64,000 nt of DNA, taken from contig PSLI01000007.1 of assembly GCA_040289515.1 (NCBI GenBank), forward strand, positions 29 to 64,028. Reading direction: 5' to 3'. This document shows positions 18,265 through 26,779 of this stretch, in pieces. This DNA is from Candidatus Sysuimicrobiota bacterium (GTDB taxonomy: Bacteria > Sysuimicrobiota > Sysuimicrobiia > Sysuimicrobiales > Sysuimicrobiaceae). The position numbers and the translations under genes are program-made. Every line of letters starts with the position of its first letter. The stretch's first letter is position 1. A model generated the notes under the pieces. That model ran no database searches. It saw nothing but the letters and a program-made list of their open reading frames with translations, and was not told where the DNA came from.

Positions 18265-18872
18265 CGTTGCTCTCCACCTCCCAACTTCAGCTCGACCCGC
18301 TCGTCCCCGCGGCGGAGGGTGATGCGGCCATCCTGGATGCGCTCCACACGGAACCCTTCCACCATCTCCCCCTCCCGGACGATGTAGGTTTTCTGGGCGA
18401 TTTCCACGATCCCCACCGCCGACCCACCTTGGAGCAAGACGCCGACCGCTTTGGCCTCCGGAGCTGCAGCACCCGGTCGCCCTGGCCCTTGTCCAACCGG
18501 GGGCTGACCGCCAGGGAAGAAGGGCGGAGGCACCGTCGGCGCCGGAGGCGGGCTAGGTGCCCCTTGCGCCGGCCGCTCCCCAACCAGCGCCGCGAAGGGA
18601 TTCGCCCGCCCGGACGGCCTCGGGGGTACTGCCGGCGATGCCGCAGCTGCAGGAGACGTCGCGGGAGCTGGAGAAGCGGCCGGCTCCGGGCTGACCTCCG
18701 GCGAAGGGGTGGGGCTTCCGGCCGTCGGTGCCACGGCAGGCGGTGCCTGGACGACCGCCGCGGGCCGCGGGCGCTGCACAAAGCGCGTGTACGCCACGTA
18801 AGCCAGCAGCAACACGAGGATCACAAGCAGATAGGGCAGCAGGCGGTTCTGGCCCGCAGGGGTGGGGGTCAT
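18261..18872 (-). CDS. Pilus assembly lipoprotein-position protein (PilP-like; Thermus PilW position)
   Basis: One N-terminal TM helix, a P/A-rich linker, and a C-terminal beta domain (GIVEIAQKTYIVREGEMVEGFRVERIQDGRITL). It sits between pilO and pilQ with 4-nt overlaps. Confidence 0.55.
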   Translation of the reverse strand: MTPTPAGQNRLLPYLLVILVLLLAYVAYTRFVQRPRPAAVVQAPPAVAPTAGSPTPSPEVSPEPAASPAPATSPAAAASPAVPPRPSGRANPFAALVGERPAQGAPSPPPAPTVPPPFFPGGQPPVGQGPGRPGAAAPEAKAVGVLLQGGSAVGIVEIAQKTYIVREGEMVEGFRVERIQDGRITLRRGDERVELKLGGGEQR

Positions 18873-19483
18873 CGCTGGGCCTCCCCGGCTTCGGGCAGCA
18901 CGTACGTGTTCGCCCGCACGCTGAGGGCCAGCACGCTACCCGGCGGCCGTCCTTCCTGGGCGATGGGGGTCATCCGAAAGTCCGATAGCACCAGCAGCCG
19001 CGGGAAGTTCTGCAGGCGCTGCAGGAAGTCCACTAGGGCCACGTAGTTCCCTTCAGCTCCCAGCTCCACGGTAAACGTCTGGTACTGCGGCTGCTCCGGC
19101 TTCGGGGGTGCCTGCCCACCAGTCCTGGGAGCCGCCGGCTGGGGGGGAGCCTGCAGAGGCCCGGGCCGCACCAGGGTGATCTTGGCCTGCGACTGGCGTA
19201 CCGCATCTTCGAGCTGCACCAGGAGTACCGGGATATCCCGGGAGGCCGGAAGCTTGGTCTCCAGCTCCGCGATGCGGGCCTGTACTTCCTCCAGCTGCTG
19301 CTCTACCTGTGGGCGGGACGCCGCCACGGCCTCCAGCCGCTGCCGCTCCGCGACAAGCTGCTGGCGCTGGCCCTCCAGCCGGCGCAGCTCCGCGGTACGC
19401 GGCTGGTACACGAGGTAGTAGAACCCCGCCAGCACGAGCACCGCCAGGAACACCACCAGCAGCAGTTGCTCCCGGGGCCTCAT
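18869..19483 (-). CDS. pilO: Pilus assembly protein PilO
   Basis: TM helix, then a coiled coil (RRLEGQRQQLVAERQRLE), then the IPVLLVQLEDAVRQSQAKI motif. Confidence 0.75.
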   Translation of the reverse strand: MRPREQLLLVVFLAVLVLAGFYYLVYQPRTAELRRLEGQRQQLVAERQRLEAVAASRPQVEQQLEEVQARIAELETKLPASRDIPVLLVQLEDAVRQSQAKITLVRPGPLQAPPQPAAPRTGGQAPPKPEQPQYQTFTVELGAEGNYVALVDFLQRLQNFPRLLVLSDFRMTPIAQEGRPPGSVLALSVRANTYVLPEAGEAQR

Positions 19484-20067
19484 CGTGTCCCCCCCGGCGT
19501 AGGTTGAGACGGCGCGGGCCCGGTGCTGCGTTCCAGCTCCGCGCTGAGGCTAAACCGCACCACCTCCCGTTCGCCGATGCGCTGGCGCTCGCTTACCGAA
19601 AGGTCCACGTTGCGGAACAGGCGACTCCGCTCCAGGTTCACCATGAAGGCGGCCAGGGAAACGTTGGACGCTGTGGTGAGCCCCGACAGCTGCACGGTCC
19701 TCCCGCCTTGTAAGGCAAACTCCGTGATCCAGGAGTCCTGGGGGATGGCCGACGCGAGCTCTGCGACGGCTTCCGCAGCCGGCACCTGCCCGGCAAACAG
19801 CTGGCGCAGCAGCTCTTCCCGCCGCTGCACCGCCTGTAGCCGCGCCCGCATGCGTTCCACCTCAGCAGCCTGCGCCCTCAGCTGGTCCACCTCCGCCTGA
19901 ACCTGTGCTGTCTGGCTGCGGAGGGCGCTTGTGCGGCCCTGCAGGGAGACTGTCCACACCCCCAGCACTGCCACCAGGACCGCGAGGATCACAAGGCCCA
20001 CGGCCAGCGGGCTGGGCGGCTTGCGGACGCGCCGCTCCGGCGCCAGGAGGTTGATGCGAATGCTCAT
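19480..20067 (-). CDS. pilN: Pilus assembly protein PilN
   Basis: MSIRINLLAPERR conserved N-terminus, a TM helix and a coiled coil. Confidence 0.8.
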   Translation of the reverse strand: MSIRINLLAPERRVRKPPSPLAVGLVILAVLVAVLGVWTVSLQGRTSALRSQTAQVQAEVDQLRAQAAEVERMRARLQAVQRREELLRQLFAGQVPAAEAVAELASAIPQDSWITEFALQGGRTVQLSGLTTASNVSLAAFMVNLERSRLFRNVDLSVSERQRIGEREVVRFSLSAELERSTGPAPSQPTPGGTR

Positions 20068-21107
20068 GGCTCCGCTCCCCTCAGCGCCAGCCCCACCGCG
20101 GTGGCCAGGACCGGCCCCAGGGCGGGGTCCACGCCGTCTGCAGCCGCAACCCGGAAGGGGTCCCCCACCTCCACCGGCACGCCCAGTTCGTCCGCGAACA
20201 GGGCGGCGATGTTAGATAGGCGCGCGGTCCCTCCGCTCAGGATCACCTTTTGCACCGCTTCGCCCGGCCAGCGGGACTGGAAGAAATCGATGGATCTGCG
20301 CAGCTCCGTGAGGATGTCCCCCAGGACGGGCAGGATCGCCTCCGCGACCCGGGCGCAGACGCGGTCGGTGAGGCGGGCCGGGTTGGCCACCGCCACGGCC
20401 TTCTCCTCTTTGGCTGCCTGGGCGGCAGTGGGTTCCAACCCCAGGCGCCCTGCCACCGCCCGGGTCAGGGCATTCCCGGCTACGGGGACCGAGCGGGCCA
20501 GCCGAAGCCGCCCCTTGTGCACCACGAGGATGTCCGAGGAGTCCGCACCCAGGTCCGCCAGGACCACGGCCCCCTCCTGCGTTTCGGACTGGAACAGCCG
20601 CATGAGGGCAAAAGAAGTCACCTCCAGAACCTCGGGGGTAACCCCCGCCTCCCGGAGGGCGAGGGAGAAGCCGTCCACCACGTCGCGGCGGGCCGCCACG
20701 AACAGCACGTCCAGCCGGGTGGTCTGCCCTTCCTGAACCCGCTCCAGGATCTGGAAGTCCACCGCGGCATCCTTGCTGGCCGCGGGCAGGTAGCGCTCCG
20801 CCTCGAAGCGGACGGCCTGGGCCAGCTCCGCGTCCGGCATGGTCGGCAGGCGCACTTCCCGCACCACCACCGCCCGGCCGCTCAGCGCGGTGTTCACGCG
20901 ACGGTTCCGGATGCGGGCCCGGTCGAAGGCCTCCCGGATGGCAGGCGCCAGGACCTTCGGGTCCTGCGCGGCCCCGTCCACCACACCTCCGGGCGGCGTG
21001 GCCACCACAGCCGCATGCGCCACGCGGAACCGCCCCCCGGCCCGCACCAGCTCCACCGCTTTGACGCTGTGGCTGCCGACGTCCAGCCCGACCAGGCTTC
21101 GAGCCAT
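20064..21107 (-). CDS. pilM: Pilus assembly ATPase-fold protein PilM
   Basis: LVGLDVGSHSVKAVEL...LADLGADSSDILV...ILSGGTARL, an actin/FtsA-like fold. Confidence 0.9.
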   Translation of the reverse strand: MARSLVGLDVGSHSVKAVELVRAGGRFRVAHAAVVATPPGGVVDGAAQDPKVLAPAIREAFDRARIRNRRVNTALSGRAVVVREVRLPTMPDAELAQAVRFEAERYLPAASKDAAVDFQILERVQEGQTTRLDVLFVAARRDVVDGFSLALREAGVTPEVLEVTSFALMRLFQSETQEGAVVLADLGADSSDILVVHKGRLRLARSVPVAGNALTRAVAGRLGLEPTAAQAAKEEKAVAVANPARLTDRVCARVAEAILPVLGDILTELRRSIDFFQSRWPGEAVQKVILSGGTARLSNIAALFADELGVPVEVGDPFRVAAADGVDPALGPVLATAVGLALRGAEP

Positions 21108-21243
21108 GTACGCTCACCGTGTTAAGCGCTTCGTTTTTATAGCCCGTTTGGCGGAACTCTTTCGCGTCCGGCACCCGGTTTTCCTGCGCCCAAGCCCAGG
21201 TTTTCCGGAGTGCTGCCCGGGCCGGCGAAGGATATGCGTCTGG

Positions 21244-21259
21244 AGCAACATCTGTGCCA
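21244..21259 (-). promoter_or_regulatory. sigma54 promoter, perfect consensus, upstream of pilMNOPQ-pilD
   Basis: The minus strand reads TGGCAC-AGATG-TTGCT. It lies about 135 nt upstream of the pilM start. Confidence 0.7.
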
Positions 21260-21271
21260 GATCGGGTTTTG

Positions 21272-23155
21272 TTAGAACCCGATCTCGCGCCAGCTGGTGA
21301 CCACCACGGCAGCGCCCCCGGGCGCGCTCAGGAACCTGTCTAGAGCAAAGGGCAGGTACTGGCGCAGGTTTGGGACCTGGAACAGGTCCACGTTCTGCTC
21401 GAACACCAGCAGCCGGGAGATGACCGCGCCGTACAGCTGCAGGTTCTTCTGCATGGTGAGGTCGCACCGCTCCACGGGGAGCGCACGGTCGCACCCGCTG
21501 ACCACGACCAGGTTGATCTCCTGGTCTTCGGGATTCCCGCTGAGGCCGAAACGGACGCGGCCGTTCACCAGCACGGCCAGAAGGTCGCGCGCGGGGAAGG
21601 TGGTCTCCGGGTAGAAGGGGCCGTTGGATGCGTAACGGTGTGCACGCAGCATCTCCTGCACATCGAAGCCGTACGCAGCGGAGGCAGCTACTGGGTTGCA
21701 GGCCGTACCCGGCTCGCAGGCGACCACGAGCAGGGAGGCGTCACCCGGCCTGCAGGGATCCTGCTGGCCCCCAGAGGGGTTGCACGGCTGGCTTGGGTCG
21801 TTCTCCACGCGGTAGTCCACGTCGCGCTGGACTTTCAGGGCACCCGGTATGTAGATTCTCTGTTCGGCCGCTACGTACAAGAAACCCGATCCGCGGCGAT
21901 CGGGCGGAACGTAATATGCGGCACAGTTTGCCAACACATCGTTTAGCCCGCCCGCCTGCTGACAAGCCACCCCCTTGCCACGTTTGGGGATCCGCCACTC
22001 GGTATCGCCCAGCACGAGGTCCGTACCCCTTGCCTCCGTCCACGTGTCGCCCCTGCGGTTCAGCAGGACCAGCTTCGCAGGGCTTGCCGACAGGTCCAGC
22101 TCGTTCGTGTAGCCGTCCCAAAAGCCCTGAAAATTCGCCTCACAGTAAGCCCGGTTTACCGGGGGGCTCAGGCTGGGGTCTTGTCGTCCCCGGATACACG
22201 CCACCGCGTGCGGTATGCTGGGCAGCTGAATGTCCGGCACCGTCTTGTCCTGCAGCAACGCGTAGATCGCGTACGCGCCGCCCCTGGGCCGCAACGTTCC
22301 GGCGATGTGCACCCCCAGCATGGGGCGGCTTGGCTCGCCGATCTGAGGGTTGCCGGTAAGCACCAGGTCCCCGCACACGAAGGTCTGGTTGTCGTAGGGC
22401 GGCGTGTCCGTGCTGGACACCGGCCGGTCGTTCAGCTGCCGGGAGTTTCCGTGGAACTCCCAGTTCCCACGCACGTACACCGAGCCGTGGATGCGAAACG
22501 TCCCGTTCCCCACCCGGGTGGCGTCCACCCGCAGGGCGGAGTACGAAACGAAGTCTGCCGGCGTTACCCGCTGCACGGTGAACGTAAAGCCCCTCGTGGC
22601 TCGGCCCACGCGTCCTATGGCCCGCAGGGTGACTTTGCCCCGCTCACGCGTGCCTACGACGCTGACCGTATAGCGGCCGAAGCTCTGCTCCTGGGGGAGC
22701 GGGGACGGGGACGGGGAACCTACCGGCGGCGACACCGGTACAGCAGCGCACTTGGCGTCCGACGCCCCGGGGGAAGGAGACGGGGACGGCGCGGGGCTTA
22801 CCACGGCGGCGCCCGCGCGGGGATAGGCTTTGTCCTGCATACACTCGTTCAGCAGGAGGTCGTAAACGTAACCCTGGCAGTCCTGCCGCCCTACCGTTCC
22901 GTCGTTGTCGCTCCAGTCGGGGTCCAACCGCAGGGAGGCGATGGCCCGAGCCGCTGCCGCGTCCGCCACGAGGAACGCCCGGCCTGAGTCCTCCGCCAGC
23001 TGCGCGTTGAAAGTCTCCGACAGGCTCGCCACCACCAGGGCCGCGGTCAGCAGCACCACCACGACCACCGTCAGCAGCGCCACCACCAGGGCCACCCCGG
23101 ACTCTTCCCGCAGCGCCCGAATGCCCCTGCGGGATGCAGTTCGCACGTGCTTCAC
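21272..23155 (-). CDS. Giant PilX-N-terminal-domain pilus protein, ComZ-like (module 2)
   Basis: ESGVALVVALLTVVVVVLLTAALVVASLSE...AFLVADAAAARA is a PilX_N-like start, followed by ~560 aa with solenoid-like repeats (RIHGSVYVRGNWEFHGN, GDLVLTGNPQIG). The GTG start overlaps the upstream stop (GTGA). Confidence 0.65.
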   Translation of the reverse strand: MKHVRTASRRGIRALREESGVALVVALLTVVVVVLLTAALVVASLSETFNAQLAEDSGRAFLVADAAAARAIASLRLDPDWSDNDGTVGRQDCQGYVYDLLLNECMQDKAYPRAGAAVVSPAPSPSPSPGASDAKCAAVPVSPPVGSPSPSPLPQEQSFGRYTVSVVGTRERGKVTLRAIGRVGRATRGFTFTVQRVTPADFVSYSALRVDATRVGNGTFRIHGSVYVRGNWEFHGNSRQLNDRPVSSTDTPPYDNQTFVCGDLVLTGNPQIGEPSRPMLGVHIAGTLRPRGGAYAIYALLQDKTVPDIQLPSIPHAVACIRGRQDPSLSPPVNRAYCEANFQGFWDGYTNELDLSASPAKLVLLNRRGDTWTEARGTDLVLGDTEWRIPKRGKGVACQQAGGLNDVLANCAAYYVPPDRRGSGFLYVAAEQRIYIPGALKVQRDVDYRVENDPSQPCNPSGGQQDPCRPGDASLLVVACEPGTACNPVAASAAYGFDVQEMLRAHRYASNGPFYPETTFPARDLLAVLVNGRVRFGLSGNPEDQEINLVVVSGCDRALPVERCDLTMQKNLQLYGAVISRLLVFEQNVDLFQVPNLRQYLPFALDRFLSAPGGAAVVVTSWREIGF

Positions 23156-23820
23156 GGCAGCACCTCCAACCTACGCGTGGCCTGGCTGGTGAGCACTACG
23201 GGAGCCTCGCCCGCCCGGCCGCTTATGACCCGCACGCGCACCTTCACCCGAAAGATGTCCCCCAAGCGCTCAAGCCGCACACTTCCCGAGCAGGTCTCCT
23301 GGTCGTCCACCAGGCGCAGGGTCTGGTCGATCAGCTGGTCGAAGACGTCGTAGTAGCAGAAGTTCAGCTCCGTGACGGTGATGATGCCCACCTCCTCGGT
23401 CACCGTGAGGGGCCGCGTCCACCTGGACCCGCCCGCTCCTGCCATCTTCTCCACCAGGCGGCCCCCTTCGAGGCTGTACTCCAGCTCTTCGAACACGCCA
23501 CACACACCACCGGGCGCTACGTCCGCGCGAAACACGAAGCGAGTAGGCTCCGCTACCCGGTAGAAGGGCAGGCAGCTCAACCACTGACGGTCGTACCCCT
23601 GGCCCGCCAGGCGGATGCGCCGGATCATCCAGTCCAGGGACGCCCTGCCCTGCTGCTGTACGCCCACCCGGTGCTGCCCCGCCGCCCACGACCGGGCCAT
23701 GGCGCTGGTGGACGCGAACATCCCCGCGAAGATCACCCCGAGCATGACCAGGGCCACAAGCAGCTCCACCAGGGTCAGCCCCCGCTGGTCCCGCCTGAGA
23801 CCGCTCCACATCGAAATCAT
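23152..23820 (-). CDS. Type IV minor pilin, PilW-like (module 2)
   Basis: MISMWSGLRRDQRG|LTLVELLVALVMLGVIF...ASLDWMIRRIRLAG. Confidence 0.7.
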   Translation of the reverse strand: MISMWSGLRRDQRGLTLVELLVALVMLGVIFAGMFASTSAMARSWAAGQHRVGVQQQGRASLDWMIRRIRLAGQGYDRQWLSCLPFYRVAEPTRFVFRADVAPGGVCGVFEELEYSLEGGRLVEKMAGAGGSRWTRPLTVTEEVGIITVTELNFCYYDVFDQLIDQTLRLVDDQETCSGSVRLERLGDIFRVKVRVRVISGRAGEAPVVLTSQATRRLEVLP

Positions 23821-24356
23821 CTGCGCACCACGCTGGTCGCCCCCAGCACGAAGGGCACGGTGTCACTTTCGTCCCGGTACAGGCGTACCCACACCCGCAT
23901 CACGGAGATGGCGCAGGCATCCGGACAGCCTTCCACTCCTTCTACCTCCACCCTCACCACCGCCTTGGCGAAGTCCCGGGGCAGGGGGTTCTCGCCCGGT
24001 TCCCTGGACGTGGGCGTGATGGTGCGTTCCACCGCGGCGCCGCCTGACACCGCCTGCCATCCACCGGAGGGGTTCAGGTACGCCTCCGTGAGGTACCCGT
24101 AGCCCCTCGACCTCAGGTAGTCCAGCTCGCCCTGCAGCCACTGATGGGCCGTCGACTTGACCCGGGCGGGCCTCCCCGCCTGTGCCGTCGTCGCGTAGCC
24201 GATCTGGGCCGCCACCCGGGTCACCACCTGCACGCTGGCCAGCAGCACCAGCACCACCAGGGACACCGACACAAGCACCTCCAGCATGTTGAGGCCGGCC
24301 TGGGTCCAGGGCCGCTGGGCCGGTTGCAAGCACCAGCGCGCTATCCGGGCAATCAC
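23817..24356 (-). CDS. Type IV minor pilin, PilV-like (module 2)
   Basis: GTG 24356 overlaps the upstream stop (GTGA). Leader ...PWTQAG|LNMLEVLVSVSLVVLVLL. Confidence 0.65.
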   Translation of the reverse strand: MIARIARWCLQPAQRPWTQAGLNMLEVLVSVSLVVLVLLASVQVVTRVAAQIGYATTAQAGRPARVKSTAHQWLQGELDYLRSRGYGYLTEAYLNPSGGWQAVSGGAAVERTITPTSREPGENPLPRDFAKAVVRVEVEGVEGCPDACAISVMRVWVRLYRDESDTVPFVLGATSVVRR

Positions 24357-24880
24357 TGCTGGCAACTCTCCCCTTCCGGCGGAACCGTCACGAGCCCCGC
24401 CGCTCCCACGCACACCCGCCTGGTCCGCCCCCCGCCGGAGACTTCCACCTGGAATGGTTGAGGCGTCGGCTCCCCTGAGGGCAGGAAGGAAAGCTGCGCC
24501 TGGCTGGGGCTCACCGTAACCCCCTGCGGGTAGGTCTGGGAGACCAGGAGTGCGTCGCCGCCGTTGCAACTGAAGTTGTTAGGGTTGTTGTCGTCAGGGA
24601 CGACGTAGACCGCCGCCCGACTGGCCTCGAAGCTCACCCGCACGCACTCGATCTCGGCGGACTTGGCCACCGCCGCCTGCTGTGCGGCCCGCACCAGACC
24701 CGCGATCTCCCGGGCGGTGCTCTGGACCCGGCGCTCCATGATCACCCGCTGGAAGCCGGTGAGCGCCAGGGCCACCAGGATCCCGAGCAGGGCCACCACC
24801 AGGGCAGCTTCCAGGAGGGTGTACCCGGTTTGGGTACCTGGCACCGGTACCAGGTAACGTCTGGATCCCGCTTCGGCCAT
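24353..24880 (-). CDS. Type IV minor pilin, FimT/GspH-like (module 2)
   Basis: ...GTQTG|YTLLEAALVVALLGILVAL...REIAGLVRAAQQAAV. An alternative GTG start at 24844 would give a 7-aa leader (M)PGTQTG. The 5' end overlaps REP copy c. Confidence 0.7.
   Translation of the reverse strand: MAEAGSRRYLVPVPGTQTGYTLLEAALVVALLGILVALALTGFQRVIMERRVQSTAREIAGLVRAAQQAAVAKSAEIECVRVSFEASRAAVYVVPDDNNPNNFSCNGGDALLVSQTYPQGVTVSPSQAQLSFLPSGEPTPQPFQVEVSGGGRTRRVCVGAAGLVTVPPEGESCQQ
24833..24858. repeat. REP-like element, copy c (loop CACCGGTA)
   Basis: GGTACCTGG-CACCGGTA-CCAGGTAAC. It overlaps the 5' end of the module-2 FimT-like gene. Confidence 0.75.
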
Positions 24881-24903
24881 CTGCCCTCCTCACCGCCGAC
24901 CCC

Positions 24904-24928
24904 GGTACCTGGAACCGGTATCAGGTAC
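24904..24928. repeat. REP-like element, copy d (loop AACCGGTA)
   Basis: GGTACCTGG-AACCGGTA-TCAGGTAC, in the leader region between the sigma54 promoter and module 2. Confidence 0.75.
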
Positions 24929-24967
24929 GAAAAAGCGCCAAATCCGAAGTCCCCCGGCTCCGTATGG

Positions 24968-24983
24968 AGCAAATTTCCTGCCA
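24968..24983 (-). promoter_or_regulatory. sigma54-type promoter upstream of minor-pilin module 2
   Basis: The minus strand reads TGGCAG-GAAAT-TTGCT with correct GG/GC spacing. Confidence 0.55.
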
Positions 24984-25078
24984 CCATGTGAACGCGGCGC
25001 TCTCCTGGCGGGAACGCCACGCGGGGAAGCTCGCTGCAGGCCGGTGTTGGACATCACGGGGAAGGCAGCCGAACGCTC

Positions 25079-25639
25079 CTACGGCGGCGTCTGAGAAACC
25101 CGGATCCGCCCCGTGACTGAGGCGACCACCACGTACCGCACGGCCTCGGCGCACCTTACCTCCAGCGTCCCGTGAGCGCCCACGACCGGCGAGCCGCTGG
25201 CTGCAAACCCCACGGCGAACTCCTGAGCGCCGGAGCGGCCCACCCTCACACAGGCGTGCCCCAGGGTAACGGAGCCCAGCAGCACCGGCGGCTGTTCCTC
25301 CCACGGGGTGCCCCACATCTCCACCCGGGGCCCCTCCCCATAGGAGAACCGGGCTTCCACCCTCCGGAACCGACCCGCGTGGGCCGTGGCCAGCTGCTGC
25401 GCCGTCCGTAGGGCTCTTTGAACCTCGTGCGCGGCGTCGGTGGCCCGGCGCTCTGCGAGCACGCGGCCGAAACCCGGAAGCGCCAGGGTTACCAACACGG
25501 CCACGATACACAGGCTGAGAAGGAGTTCCAGCAGCGTGTACCCTTCCCGCCCGGGCCCCAGGTTCCACGTACCGAGAGCGATCCGCAATCCTGCGTAGCG
25601 GCTGCGGCATCCGGGCATCTCGCACCTCCCGTCAGCCAT
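25079..25639 (-). CDS. Type IV minor pilin, FimT/GspH-like (module 3)
   Basis: ...LGPGREG|YTLLELLLSLCIVAVLVTLALPG...HEVQRALRTAQQLA. The start is uncertain: ATG 25639, ATG 25618 or an internal TTG. Confidence 0.65.
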   Translation of the reverse strand: MADGRCEMPGCRSRYAGLRIALGTWNLGPGREGYTLLELLLSLCIVAVLVTLALPGFGRVLAERRATDAAHEVQRALRTAQQLATAHAGRFRRVEARFSYGEGPRVEMWGTPWEEQPPVLLGSVTLGHACVRVGRSGAQEFAVGFAASGSPVVGAHGTLEVRCAEAVRYVVVASVTGRIRVSQTPP

Positions 25640-26192
25640 CCAAGCACCCCAGCGGGTCGTGCTCGACCAACACCTCCCGCCACGCGAGAACCCGGATCCC
25701 TCCCCCTCGCTCGGGTCGCGTCAGGACTCCCTCCACTCGCCGCATGGTCCCTGCTGCTTCCCCGGTAGACCGGACACACACGCACCCCTCCCCACCGCAC
25801 TCCTCGCCCCTGCGCTGTCTGATCCGTACGGTGTAACGTCCGACTGGATCCGACGACGGGAACGGAGTTCGCTCCGCCAGCTCGGTACACGCCTCGTCGG
25901 AGGCAGGGTCCAGGCACAAAAGCACCCACCCCGCACCCGGACGGACAAGGGCCGTAGCCCCCTTTCGATCAGACCAGTCCGGGTCGCGGCGCAGCTCGAA
26001 GATCGCGCGTTCCAACCCCGCCTCCGCCAGCTGGAACGCTCCCAGCGAGTTTCGTCCCGCGGCGGTGGCCTGGGCCTCGTACGCGAGCACCGCAAGGGCG
26101 GCCTGGGTGCCCAGAGCCACCAACAGCATCACCGCCAGCGCGAACACCAAGGCAGCTCCCCCCTCGCTGCGAAGCATCGAAGACATCCCCAT
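25632..26192 (-). CDS. PilX-like minor pilus protein, small (module 3)
   Basis: ATG 26192 after GGAGAGGAG. MGMSSMLRSEGGAALVFALAVMLLVALGT...NSLGAFQLAEAGLERAIFEL. Confidence 0.65.
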   Translation of the reverse strand: MGMSSMLRSEGGAALVFALAVMLLVALGTQAALAVLAYEAQATAAGRNSLGAFQLAEAGLERAIFELRRDPDWSDRKGATALVRPGAGWVLLCLDPASDEACTELAERTPFPSSDPVGRYTVRIRQRRGEECGGEGCVCVRSTGEAAGTMRRVEGVLTRPERGGGIRVLAWREVLVEHDPLGCLDG

Positions 26193-26196
26193 GGTT

Positions 26197-26766
26197 TCAC
26201 TCCTCTCCTGCCAGTCGCACGGCCACGTGCTCCTCCACGGCCAGCTGCCGCCACGTTTGCCGCACGTCCGTGAAGTCAAAGGCAGCCCGGATCCGTACGC
26301 GGGAGACCCGCCGTCTCCGCTCGGCGTCCAGGGGTGGTGGGCCGAGTTCAAGTCCGTCCCGGTCGAAGTACGCGAGCTCGAAAGAGCTCACGCGGAAGCC
26401 TTGCTCTTGCGTGGTCAGGGGAGACACGCTGCTGCCCGAGATCTCGCGAAGCACCCCGTCGGAGCCCAGGTAGAACCCCCGGCGCTCGGGACCCGCGGGG
26501 TCTGCTGAGAAGTCCGCCAGATACTCCACCCGGGACCGGTCCGCTATCGACAGCCGGTCAACAGCTCCGTATCCTGCCGCCCGCAGCGACACCATGATCC
26601 GCTCCAGGACGGTGCGTGCGTGGTGCTCCGCCTCCGACCACCGTTTCGCGGCGGACGCGAGGCGTACCACGCTGGCCACCACCGCGGCACCGGCGGCGGC
26701 CACCAGCCCCAACAGCGCCACCGACACCACCAGCTCAAGCAGCGTGAAGCCACGGTCGCCCCTCAC
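26197..26766 (-). CDS. Type IV minor pilin, PilW-like (module 3)
   Basis: MRGDRG|FTLLELVVSVALLGLVAAAG...VLERIMVSLRAAG. Confidence 0.7.
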   Translation of the reverse strand: MRGDRGFTLLELVVSVALLGLVAAAGAAVVASVVRLASAAKRWSEAEHHARTVLERIMVSLRAAGYGAVDRLSIADRSRVEYLADFSADPAGPERRGFYLGSDGVLREISGSSVSPLTTQEQGFRVSSFELAYFDRDGLELGPPPLDAERRRRVSRVRIRAAFDFTDVRQTWRQLAVEEHVAVRLAGEE

Positions 26767-26779
26767 GGCAACACCTCCG

